Assembly (NCBI GenBank): GCA_945935525.1
Contig: CAMERI010000005.1
Coordinates: forward strand, 33,649 to 97,648
Source of the DNA: an uncultured bacterium
Lineage (GTDB): Bacteria > Bacillota_I > Bacilli_A > RF39 > UBA660
DNA length: 64,000 bases
Direction: 5' to 3'
Shown: in pieces, positions 27,021 through 36,477 of the stretch
Layout of the letters: every line of letters begins with the position of its first letter
How positions within the stretch are numbered: position 1 is the stretch's first letter
Notes under the pieces: generated by a model
Databases searched by the model: none
Told to the model about the DNA's origin: nothing
What the model saw: the letters and a program-made list of their open reading frames with translations, nothing else
Translations under genes and position numbers: made by a program

Positions 27021-28639
27021 ATAATAAAGATGAAAAATATGTTTGTTTAAGTGACTTGCAAGAAGCAAATGATTCATACATAGGAAGTGTTAAATATAAG
27101 AAAGATTCTTGTAAAGGTATTATTGTATATAAAAAAGATAAAGATACTGATTTATATACAGATGCTAAAACATATTTATATTGTGGTAATAGTGATACTG
27201 GAGAATATAATTATATAACTGATGAAACTATTAATCCTGCTGATTATTCAAGATGTAATATTAAATTAAATAATGAAATGTATTATTTTAATGTTATGGA
27301 AGAAAAATTATCTGAGATTCATTTAATACTTCAAAGAGAAAATGAGTTAGTAGTACAAATGAGTAATGAAACAAATACTTCTAATGATAGAGAAAAAATA
27401 AAAAAAGAAATACAAGAACTTAATAAAGAAATAAATATTCTATATGATTTTAAATATTTAGATGCGATGATATTACATAAAGATAATATTTTAACTGGTA
27501 AATACGTAGTTAAAGTTGTTAGTAGTAGTGGTTTAAAACTTGATAGTTTAACATTTAATGATTATGTAAAAGATGAAGATACTGTTAAAAAAGCAATTAA
27601 AGATGTAAGTTATTTTAGAAGTTATATAGGAGCAGAAGAAAATGCTTTAGAATATAGATTAGAATTTAATAAATGTGAAAATGATAGTTGTAAACTTGAT
27701 ATAGTTAAAAATATGGTTATGAGAATATATGAGTTATCTTATAATGCTACATATAATAATACTTATATTGATGATGATTTGGTGAATATAAATCTTGAAA
27801 TACAAAAGTTATTTGATAACTTAGATGTGTTTTCTAAAAAAACGGATAATTCTTCAATAAGTAAAAGTATTGTATTTCCTAATGGAAAAGATGTATTAAA
27901 TAAAAATAATAGTAAGATAATATATGAAGAAGCTAGTTCATATTTAAAAAATATTAAGAGTGATTTAAATACATCGGCTGCTTGGGAAGACGAAGTATCT
28001 ATGTATGAAACGGCTAAGGGTGCTTTGAGTAATATCATTAGTATAACTGATAGGCAAAGTGAATTAATTAATAATTGTATTAGTAATTCCTCAGTTAATG
28101 ATGAATTAAATGAACTATATAATGAAATAGAAAATATTAAAAATAATACTACTTTTAATACTAATAAAATATTAAGTGATAGTACTTATTATAAAGATTA
28201 TTTATTATATGATTTAAGTGATAATGATCTTAAAAATATAAGTTGTTCTAATAGTAAATCTTCTAGTGTGATAAGTAAGTATCAAAGAAAAATAAATTTA
28301 AATATTGTGAGTATAAATGCTAATATAGATAAAGCTAAAGTATTGATAGACTTTGTTAAATGTAATGATTCATCTTGTGTTTTAGATGTGGTTAAGGGTA
28401 TATTAAATACTATGATTGGTCTTAGTGACAAGGCTATGAGTGTAGGTGATATTTTGAGAGAAGAATATAATATAGAATACACTACATATTTTAAAGCTCT
28501 TAACCATATAGCGTTAATAAGCAAAAATGATAGTTATAGTACTAAGAGTCTTGGAATAGATAATACTAATATATTAACTCTTGAGAATGCTAAAAGTGCT
28601 AAAGAAGTGTTAAATAGTAAAATTTCTAATATAAAATAG
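26786..28639 (+). CDS. type IV prepilin-like protein fused to two flagellin D1-like modules
   Basis: Prepilin signal MKRSLG/FTLVELLAVIAILGIITLIAVPNA. Flagellin-like segments are HLILQRENELVVQMSN, AIKDVSYFRSYIGAEENALEYRLEFN and ETAKGALSNIISITDRQSELINN. Confidence 0.7.
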   Translation: MKRSLGFTLVELLAVIAILGIITLIAVPNAIKLYNEAILKEMVVQESNIKNAANIYLEDYCNSKLDDRLICPSSYEEVNNKDEKYVCLSDLQEANDSYIGSVKYKKDSCKGIIVYKKDKDTDLYTDAKTYLYCGNSDTGEYNYITDETINPADYSRCNIKLNNEMYYFNVMEEKLSEIHLILQRENELVVQMSNETNTSNDREKIKKEIQELNKEINILYDFKYLDAMILHKDNILTGKYVVKVVSSSGLKLDSLTFNDYVKDEDTVKKAIKDVSYFRSYIGAEENALEYRLEFNKCENDSCKLDIVKNMVMRIYELSYNATYNNTYIDDDLVNINLEIQKLFDNLDVFSKKTDNSSISKSIVFPNGKDVLNKNNSKIIYEEASSYLKNIKSDLNTSAAWEDEVSMYETAKGALSNIISITDRQSELINNCISNSSVNDELNELYNEIENIKNNTTFNTNKILSDSTYYKDYLLYDLSDNDLKNISCSNSKSSSVISKYQRKINLNIVSINANIDKAKVLIDFVKCNDSSCVLDVVKGILNTMIGLSDKAMSVGDILREEYNIEYTTYFKALNHIALISKNDSYSTKSLGIDNTNILTLENAKSAKEVLNSKISNIK

Positions 28640-28647
28640 ACTAGATT

Positions 28648-28935
28648 ACTAGTCTTTTTATTTTATTTGTGTTAATCTATAAATATAAAGTAGGTGAGAT
28701 ATGAAGAGGAACAGTGGTTTTACATTAGTAGAGTTACTTGCTGTTATAGCAATACTTGGTATAATAACTCTTATTGCAGTACCAAATGCAATTAGTTTAT
28801 ATAATGAAGGTGTAATTAAAAAAATGATAGTAGAAGAATCTAATATAAGAGATGCTGCTAATATGTATTTAGAAGATTATTGCTTATCTAAATTAGATGA
28901 TAGACTTGTATGTCCTTCTAGTTATGAAGATGGTA
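28648..28935. repeat. tandem duplication, copy 2
   Basis: See copy 1 at 26733. Confidence 0.8.
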
Positions 28936-29201
28936 TTTATGATGCAGCAAGTGATAAAATAGTAGAAAAGTATGTATGTTTAAGCGAATTAACTAATGAT
29001 ACTAATAGTTATTTAAGAGGAAGAGTTAACTATAAAAAACAAGCTTGTAATGGATTTGTAACATACTATTATGATAGTGAATTAGGTACTTATGAAAATC
29101 CTAAAACATATTTATTTTGTGGTGAAGGTGATAATGGATATTTCACTGATAAGAATATAGATACTAAAAGATATTGTAAATGTTTTAATAATTGTGATTA
29201 G
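28701..29201 (+). CDS. type IV pilin / ComGC-like pseudopilin
   Basis: MKRNSG/FTLVELLAVIAILGIITLIAVPNA. Its Cys-containing globular domain is collinear with residues 1-160 of the 26786 protein. Confidence 0.8.
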   Translation: MKRNSGFTLVELLAVIAILGIITLIAVPNAISLYNEGVIKKMIVEESNIRDAANMYLEDYCLSKLDDRLVCPSSYEDGIYDAASDKIVEKYVCLSELTNDTNSYLRGRVNYKKQACNGFVTYYYDSELGTYENPKTYLFCGEGDNGYFTDKNIDTKRYCKCFNNCD

Positions 29202-29226
29202 AAACTATTTTAGTTTCTTTTTTCTT
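29200..29226 (+). terminator. rho-independent terminator after the pilin gene
   Basis: AGAAACTA-TTT-TAGTTTCT followed by TTTTTTC. Confidence 0.7.
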
Positions 29227-29258
29227 GGTTATATTGTATAATTAACTTGGTGAAGGTT

Positions 29259-29549
29259 ATGGATAATCCTATAGAATTTAAAAGTGCTAAAGAATTATAT
29301 AATAGAGTACTTCCTGCATTATATTCTAAAGTTAAAGAACTAAGAAATTTAGGCTTTAAATATATAACAGAAAAAGATGTATGGAATTATTTAGTTAATA
29401 GTACGTGGAAAGTTAAAAGAGATTTACAACTTCATGATCTTATAAGTGATATATTGTATGCCGATAATTATAAACTTAATGATTATGTCATGGAAAAGAT
29501 GAAAAAATTAAAAACAAGAGATGACAATGTGGATGAGGAGATGCTTTAA
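29259..29549 (+). CDS. comN: ComN-like post-transcriptional regulator
   Basis: VLPALYSKVKELRNLGFKYITEKDVWNYLVNSTWK...LQLHDLISDIL resembles B. subtilis ComN/YrzD, which also lies directly upstream of secDF. Confidence 0.6.
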   Translation: MDNPIEFKSAKELYNRVLPALYSKVKELRNLGFKYITEKDVWNYLVNSTWKVKRDLQLHDLISDILYADNYKLNDYVMEKMKKLKTRDDNVDEEML

Positions 29550-31774
29550 TGAAAAAAATAATTAAACCAATTAGTATATTGGTAGTAATTGTTGTTGGTT
29601 GTTTATTACTTATAAAGCCAACACTAAAGTCTATTCATTATGGAATAGATTTACAAGGTGGATTTGAGATTCTTTATAATATTGAACCACTTAATAAGGA
29701 TGATGAGTTAACACAAGATGATTTAGATAAGACTTATAAAGCTATAGTTAATAGAATTGATAGTTTAGGTGTAAGTGAACCTGTTATAAGCTTTGAAGGA
29801 GATAACTTAATTAGAATACAACTTCCAGGTGTATCTAGTGAAGAAGAAGCAAGACAAAGAATTAGTACAACTGCTGTACTATCATTTAGAGATGTAAATG
29901 ATAACTTACTTATGACAAGTGAGATACTTGGACATAATGGTGCTTCTTTAAGTCAAAATAGTAAGACTTTTCAATATCAAGTTAAATTAGATATTAAAGA
30001 TACTGCTAAGTTTTATGATGTAACAAATTCTTTATCAAAGAGAAGTAATGGTGAGAATTTGATGATTACTTGGCTTGATTTTACTGAGGGATTAGATTCA
30101 TATAATAATGAAAAAGAAACTTGTGGAAAAGATGCTAGTATGAAGTGTATTAGTGCTGCTAGTGTAAATGAAGGACTTAATAGTAGTGAAGTAGTTATTG
30201 AAGGAAATTTTACTAAAGAAGAAGCACAAGCGCTTGTAGATTTAATTAATAGTGGTAGTCTTCCAACTAAGTTAACAGAAGAAGCTACACCTAAGAGTGT
30301 TTCACCTTCATTTGGTAGTGAAACTATTACTAAGACTGGTATAGCTGGTATTATTACATTTGTAGTAGTGTCATTAATACTTATATTTAAATATAGATTT
30401 AGTGGAGTAATAGGTAGTATTTGTTTACTTCTATATTCAGTATTAGTATTCTTAATATTTAATGCAGTAGGTGGTGTACTTACATTAACTGGTATAGCTG
30501 CTTTAGTACTTGGTATAGGTATGGCAGTAGATTCAATAATAATATCTAATGATAGAATTAAAGATGAACTTAGAAAAGGTAATAAATTAGTAGCTGGATA
30601 TAATGAAGCAAATAAGAGTAGTTTAGTAGCTATAATAGATGCTAATATTACAACATTAATAGCTGGTATAGTTCTTTACTTATTTGGAGAAAGTAGTGTT
30701 AAAGGATTTGCTACTATGTTAATAATTACTATATTTGTAACAGTATTTACGACAGTAATTTTATATCGTATAATACAAGGAATGTTTGTTAAGAGTAAAG
30801 CATTCGTTGGAAAAGAAAAATTATTTGTAGGTAAAATAAATAATGTACATAATTTTGATTATGTTAAATTTGCTAGTAAACCAATAATGGCAGCAATAGC
30901 AATAATAGCAATAGGAATTGCTTTTGCATTAGTACGTGGATTTAACTTTGGAGTAGACTTTACTGGTGGAACTAATATAAATTTATCATCTAGTAAAGAC
31001 ATTGATTTTGATAAATTAACTACTATGTTAAAAGATTATGATGTAAGAGGATATGATTATTACGTTGGTGGTAAAACAGAAGGATACATTAAACTAAATG
31101 ATATTCTTAGTGATGAAGACACAACTAAAGTTAAAAAAGAATTAAAAGATATGGGAATAGAGACATCTATGAGTGAAATAAGTACTCTTGTTACTAAGAG
31201 TTTAACTAAGAATGCTATTAAATCATTATTATATTCATTAATAGCAATTATTATATATGTAGCTATACGTTTTAACTTTAATTATGCAGTAAGTGGAATT
31301 CTTATGTTATGTCATGATGTATCAATAATACTTTCTATGTTTGCTATATTTAATATACCAGTAGATTTTATTATAGTAGCATCACTACTTACAATAATAG
31401 GTTACTCAATAAATGATACAATAGTTGTATTTGATAGGATAAGAGAAAATAGAAAGAAACTATATAGAAATAAAAAGATACTTACAGATGAAGAAATGAA
31501 TAAACTAGTTAATAATTCTTCTAATGAGACAATGTCTAGAAATGTATGGACTAGTATTACTACTATAGCAGCTGTAGTTATATTACTATGTGTTGGACTT
31601 AATGATATTTATACATTTAACGTATCAATATTAATAGGCTTAGTTGCTGGTAACATATCATCATTATTAATAGGTCCTAGAGTATGGATGACACTTGAAA
31701 AGAGAAGTCAAAATAGACCAGATGATGAAGAAGATGAAGTAGAAGAATTAAAAATAAAAGGTATTAATATTTAA
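29549..31774 (+). CDS. secDF: protein translocase subunit SecDF (fused)
   Basis: GIDLQGG at the N-terminus, two 6-TM blocks, and the SecF motif GVDFTGGT. Confidence 0.95.
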   Translation: MKKIIKPISILVVIVVGCLLLIKPTLKSIHYGIDLQGGFEILYNIEPLNKDDELTQDDLDKTYKAIVNRIDSLGVSEPVISFEGDNLIRIQLPGVSSEEEARQRISTTAVLSFRDVNDNLLMTSEILGHNGASLSQNSKTFQYQVKLDIKDTAKFYDVTNSLSKRSNGENLMITWLDFTEGLDSYNNEKETCGKDASMKCISAASVNEGLNSSEVVIEGNFTKEEAQALVDLINSGSLPTKLTEEATPKSVSPSFGSETITKTGIAGIITFVVVSLILIFKYRFSGVIGSICLLLYSVLVFLIFNAVGGVLTLTGIAALVLGIGMAVDSIIISNDRIKDELRKGNKLVAGYNEANKSSLVAIIDANITTLIAGIVLYLFGESSVKGFATMLIITIFVTVFTTVILYRIIQGMFVKSKAFVGKEKLFVGKINNVHNFDYVKFASKPIMAAIAIIAIGIAFALVRGFNFGVDFTGGTNINLSSSKDIDFDKLTTMLKDYDVRGYDYYVGGKTEGYIKLNDILSDEDTTKVKKELKDMGIETSMSEISTLVTKSLTKNAIKSLLYSLIAIIIYVAIRFNFNYAVSGILMLCHDVSIILSMFAIFNIPVDFIIVASLLTIIGYSINDTIVVFDRIRENRKKLYRNKKILTDEEMNKLVNNSSNETMSRNVWTSITTIAAVVILLCVGLNDIYTFNVSILIGLVAGNISSLLIGPRVWMTLEKRSQNRPDDEEDEVEELKIKGINI

Positions 31775-31781
31775 AAGGGAA

Positions 31782-33911
31782 GTGAACATTATTAAAGATC
31801 ATAGTTATGAAGAATTAGTTGATGTTTTAAAGACCTATATGGCTCCTGAATATATAGAGTTTATAAATAAATATTATGAACAAGCTAAAATAGTATATGC
31901 AGGAATGAAAAGAGAAACTGGTGAAGACTATATATATCACCCAATAAATGTAGCTTATATTTTAGCAGATTTAAAGATGGACCCAGTAACTATTGCTTGT
32001 GCATTAATACATGAAGCAATAACACTAGGTAAAATGACTTATGAAGAAGTAGAAGAAATGTTTGGAACAGAAAGTGCAAATATAGTAAATTCTATTACAA
32101 AGATAAGTAATCTTAAACAAACATTTAAGATTAATAATCCAGAAAAATATAGAAGAATAATAGTAGGACTTTCTGAGAATCCAGCTACACTATTTATTAA
32201 GTTTGCTGATAGACTTCATAATCTTAGAACATTAAAAGTTCATGATAAAGAACATCAAAAATATATAATAGATGAAACACAAAATATATATATACCAATA
32301 GCACATAGACTTGGCATGAAAAAGATGAAGAGTGAAATGGAAGACTTGTGTCTTCAATATAGTGAGACTGAACAATATAATAAAGTACTTGATAGAATAA
32401 ATGCTGATAAAGCAGAACTAGAGAAAAGTCTTGCTAAAATGAAGTATGAAATAATGCAACTTCTAGAACATCATAATATTAAATATGAAATACTTAGTCG
32501 TGTTAAGAGTGTTCGTGGTATATATAATAAACTTAAAAATGGTAAAAGATGGGAAGATATATATGATTTACTTGGACTTAGAGTTTTAGTAGATACAGTA
32601 GAAGACTGCTATAGAGTAATAGGTCTTGTACAAAGTAAATATCAACCAATACCAAATAGATTTAAGGATTATATAGCTAATCCAAAACCAAACTTATATC
32701 AAAGTTTACATACTACAGTTTACGGAGAAGACAAAAGAATTTATGAAGTACAAGTACGTACTCATGAAATGGATGAAATAGCTGAAAAAGGTGTTGCTTC
32801 TCACTGGAGTTATAAAGAAAAGATAGATGGAAGCGTTAAAAATAATTTAGATCATATTTTAGAACAATTCCGTGTACTTGTAGAAGTAAATGATATAGAA
32901 CAAAATATGGAGTTTTTCGGTAATATAAAAGAAGAACTTAAGAGAAATGAAATATATGTATATACTCCTAAAGGAGATATTATAGAGTTACCTGCTGGTG
33001 CTACACCAATAGATTTTGCATATAAAATACATAGTGAGGTAGGTAATACTACAACTGGTGCTTTAGTAAACTCAAAAATGGTAAAATTAGATCATGAACT
33101 TAAAGATGGTGATATGGTAGAACTTATTACTCAAAAGGGTCATGCTCCATCTAAAGGATGGTTAAAGATAGTTAAAACTGAAGCAGCTAAATCAAGAATA
33201 AAATCATATTTCTATAAAAAAGAAAGAGAAAAATATATAGCTCTTGGACATGAGATGTTATCAAATGAGTGTAAAAAGAAGAATGTTGATATTAACGATA
33301 TAATAACTGATGAAAATATAGAAAAACTAAATAATAGTCTTGGTACTAAAGATTTAGATGATATATATTTCTCAATAGCTACACTTAAATATTTACCATC
33401 TTCAATACTTAGTCGTCTTGAAGTACATGAACCTAAAAAGAAAGTTCTAACTTTAAGTAAGAAAGATAGTAAGGGTGGAAGTGGTATATTAATAGCTGGT
33501 TCTAGTGATATATTATGTAGCCTTGCTACTTGTTGTAATCCAGTATATGGAGAAGATATAGTAGGTTATATTACTCGTGGATATGGAGTTAAAATACACT
33601 CTAAAAATTGTCCTAATATAGATTTAAATAGTGAAAGAATAATTGATGCTGAATGGGAAAGTAGTAATGAAAATAGATATACTGCTAAATTAAAAGTATA
33701 TATTGATGATGTGTCAGATATTCTACTTAAAATAATTACACTTTCTACTAAAGATTCTATAATAGTTGATTCAATAAACTTGATAAATAGAAATAAAGAA
33801 TTATTCTATGATATAAGTTGTAGAGTTAAAAATATAAATGATTTACATTTATTTATTGATGAAGTAAAAGCAATAAATAGTGTTACAAAAGTAGAGAGGG
33901 TATTTATATGA
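31782..33911 (+). CDS. relA: bifunctional (p)ppGpp synthetase/hydrolase, long RSH
   Basis: HD hydrolase domain ([20 protein letters not shown]-like), synthetase domain ([27 protein letters not shown]), TGS domain, Cys-rich ZFD (CSLATCCNP...HSKNCPN), and an ACT-like C-terminus. Confidence 0.95.
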   Translation: MNIIKDHSYEELVDVLKTYMAPEYIEFINKYYEQAKIVYAGMKRETGEDYIYHPINVAYILADLKMDPVTIACALIHEAITLGKMTYEEVEEMFGTESANIVNSITKISNLKQTFKINNPEKYRRIIVGLSENPATLFIKFADRLHNLRTLKVHDKEHQKYIIDETQNIYIPIAHRLGMKKMKSEMEDLCLQYSETEQYNKVLDRINADKAELEKSLAKMKYEIMQLLEHHNIKYEILSRVKSVRGIYNKLKNGKRWEDIYDLLGLRVLVDTVEDCYRVIGLVQSKYQPIPNRFKDYIANPKPNLYQSLHTTVYGEDKRIYEVQVRTHEMDEIAEKGVASHWSYKEKIDGSVKNNLDHILEQFRVLVEVNDIEQNMEFFGNIKEELKRNEIYVYTPKGDIIELPAGATPIDFAYKIHSEVGNTTTGALVNSKMVKLDHELKDGDMVELITQKGHAPSKGWLKIVKTEAAKSRIKSYFYKKEREKYIALGHEMLSNECKKKNVDINDIITDENIEKLNNSLGTKDLDDIYFSIATLKYLPSSILSRLEVHEPKKKVLTLSKKDSKGGSGILIAGSSDILCSLATCCNPVYGEDIVGYITRGYGVKIHSKNCPNIDLNSERIIDAEWESSNENRYTAKLKVYIDDVSDILLKIITLSTKDSIIVDSINLINRNKELFYDISCRVKNINDLHLFIDEVKAINSVTKVERVFI

Positions 33912-34357
33912 GAGTAATATTACAAAGAAGTAAAGAGAGTAAAGTAACTATTGATGGTAAAGTAAATGGTAAGATTGATAAAGGTTATGTAGCACTTGTT
34001 GGCTTTACTGACGGAGATAATACTGAAATAGTAGATAAGATGATTAAGAAAATAGTAAACTTAAGAGTATTTGAAGATGAAAATGAAAAGATGAACTTAA
34101 GTATTCAAGATATAGGTGGAAGTATTCTTAGTATTAGTCAGTTTACTTTATATGCTGACTCTAAGAAAGGCAATAGACCTAGTTTTATAAATGCTATGAA
34201 TCCTACTGAAGCATCTAAGTTATATGATATTTTTAATCAAAAACTAAGTGAAATATTACATGTAGAAACAGGTATATTTGGAGCTGATATGAAAGTAGAA
34301 ATATATAATGATGGACCTGTTACTATAGTATTAGATAGTAATGAATTATTTAAATAA
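33908..34357 (+). CDS. dtd: D-aminoacyl-tRNA deacylase
   Basis: MRVILQR...[17 protein letters not shown]...[11 protein letters not shown]. Confidence 0.95.
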   Translation: MRVILQRSKESKVTIDGKVNGKIDKGYVALVGFTDGDNTEIVDKMIKKIVNLRVFEDENEKMNLSIQDIGGSILSISQFTLYADSKKGNRPSFINAMNPTEASKLYDIFNQKLSEILHVETGIFGADMKVEIYNDGPVTIVLDSNELFK

Positions 34358-34368
34358 AAGGAGTTAAA

Positions 34369-35028
34369 ATGGAAATAATAGTAGAAGGAAAAGGGGTAGA
34401 ATATTTTACACCTGATCAAGTAGTATTGAATATTGAATTTCATACTAAAGGATTAAGTTATGAAGAAGCACTAAGTGAAGGAGTTAAAAATGTACAAAAC
34501 TTCGTAAGTGAATTATTACTTAGAAATGGTTTTAATAATGAAGATATGAAAACAAGAAGTTTTGTAGTTAGAGAAGATAAAAAATATAATGAATCTACAA
34601 GGACATATATATTTGATGGATATTTATTTAATCAAAGTGCAACTATAAAATTTGATTATGATAAAGAGAGACTAGCTAAAATAATGAATGATTTATCTAA
34701 ATTAGATAATGCACCTACTTGTAGAATTAACTTTGGTCTTAAAAATGAAAAAGACGCTAAGAGAAGAATAGTTGCTAAAGCATATAGAGATGCAGAACTT
34801 CAAGCACAAGCTATTGCTGATGCAGCAGGTAAAACATTAAAACAATGTGCTAAAGTAGATTTTAAGCCATTTACTACTGAGTATGTTTCACAAACTACTT
34901 TTGGAAGTGATATGATGTATTCTAAAGCAGCTAGACTTAATGATAATGCAGCTCGTATAGTAAATACATTTAATCCTGAAGATATAGAATTAACTGAAAC
35001 ATTATATTGTTTATGGTTAGCTGAATAG
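34369..35028 (+). CDS. SIMPL/DUF541 family protein
   Basis: The overall pattern (IIVEGKG...PDQVVLNIEF; AKAYRDAELQAQAIADAAGKTLKQ) is typical of SIMPL domain proteins. Confidence 0.7.
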   Translation: MEIIVEGKGVEYFTPDQVVLNIEFHTKGLSYEEALSEGVKNVQNFVSELLLRNGFNNEDMKTRSFVVREDKKYNESTRTYIFDGYLFNQSATIKFDYDKERLAKIMNDLSKLDNAPTCRINFGLKNEKDAKRRIVAKAYRDAELQAQAIADAAGKTLKQCAKVDFKPFTTEYVSQTTFGSDMMYSKAARLNDNAARIVNTFNPEDIELTETLYCLWLAE

Positions 35029-35106
35029 TGAGGTAACGAAAGTTATCTCTTTTTATTGTGTTAAAGAATCAAGGTTATTATAATTGTCTATAGTAGGAGA
35101 GTGAGT

Positions 35107-36198
35107 ATGAAAGATAAAAAATTAATATTTGGAATTGCTTTAGCCTTTGTATTTCTAGCTAGTTTTGGTTTTTCTTATGCATATTTTAGTAATTCAATTG
35201 TTATAAAGATGTAAAAGATCAAGTGGTTGAAACAGGTTCACTTAGTTTAAGGTATGTAGATGGGCCAAAGATAGTAATGAATAATATTAAGCCAGATGAT
35301 ACTTTTACTAAGACTATTTATGTAGCTAATACCGGTACAATGGAAGTAACATATAATCTTATATGGCAGGAGTTGGTTAATGAAATAGAAAATAATGAAA
35401 TGGTTTTGAGTGCTACATGCACTAGAATGAATGGAACTACTGAGAAGGAAGATGGTGCTTGTAATGATATAGAGGATATGCCTATCTATGATACAACAAT
35501 TAAAAAGAAGATTGTTATTGAACCAAATATCGTTCATAAATATGATTTGACTATAACTTTTTTAGAATTAAATGATAATCAGAATTATAATCAAGGAAAG
35601 AAGTTTAATGGTGTTTTAGGTAAACATAATATTAGAATTGCAAATACTACGACACCTGGTGAATGTTCAACTACTGGTTTTTCTCAAACTGCATGTGGAT
35701 TTGTTATTGAGTTTGAAGATGGAATTACTACACATGTAATGAATAGTACACGTACTAATGTTGGAGGATGGCCAGCAAGTGAAATATACTCATATTTGAA
35801 TACTGATTTATATAACATGCTTCCAACTGATTTAAAAAGAACTATTATAGATACAACAATAGTTAGTAGTTATGGCAGCAGTGATTCAAATAATTTTACA
35901 TCAACTGACAAATTGTATTTATTAGTTCCAAAAGAAATATATAGTGGGTTTTCCAGCACATATGATACTGCAAAAAAATTTAACTAGACAATTATATTAT
36001 TATAATAATATAGGTATTACTGTAAGCAATTATTCAGGCACTATTAAAAAGTATGGAACTACCGCATCTGTATGGTGGCTTTGCTCGGCTCATTCTTATG
36101 ACTACTATGATTTCTATACTGTTATTAGAAGTGGTGATTTGAGCGATGCTAGTGCTTATGGCATCTGTGTTATTTCACCTGCATTTAGAATAGGATAA
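35107..36198 (+). pseudogene. disrupted TasA-like N-module fused to a WWL(C/R)S...PAFRIG C-terminal module (paralogue of 45098)
   Basis: Three frames are needed to read it. There is a 1 nt deletion near 35200-35204 (compare ATTGTTATAAAGATG here with ATTGCTAATAAAGATG at 45190) and an extra A in the A7 run at 35972-35978. An in-frame deletion of about 45 aa follows GVLG relative to 45098. Confidence 0.8.
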
Positions 36199-36202
36199 TA
36201 TA

Positions 36203-36235
36203 AAAAGTATATACATTTAATACGTATATACTTTT
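36203..36235. terminator. bidirectional hairpin between convergent genes
   Basis: AAAAGTATATAC-N9-GTATATACTTTT, a perfect 12 bp stem. Confidence 0.6.
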
Positions 36236-36389
36236 ATTGTTTCTTTTTAAGTTTTTTTACTTCTTTTGATTCTTCAATTTTGATTGGTTCTGGAGGTAGT
36301 GCGGCTACTTCCTTTTGTTTAGTACCACATGAGAATATCATAGATGCTGCTAGAAGAATAGAAGTTACTTCTTTTGTTCTCTTATTCAT
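36234..36389 (-). CDS. 51-aa putative lipoprotein
   Basis: AAGGAGAA RBS. Sequence MNKRTKEVTSILLAASMIFSCGTKQ..., with the lipobox MIFSC. It is missing from the supplied ORF track because it is too short. Confidence 0.5.
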   Translation of the reverse strand: MNKRTKEVTSILLAASMIFSCGTKQKEVAALPPEPIKIEESKEVKKLKKKQ

Positions 36390-36477
36390 ATTGTTCTCCT
36401 TGAATTAATAATACATTTTAATCCATTAATTGTCAAATTTGTTTGCGTTTTTGTGTAAATGTATTATAATAAATTGT

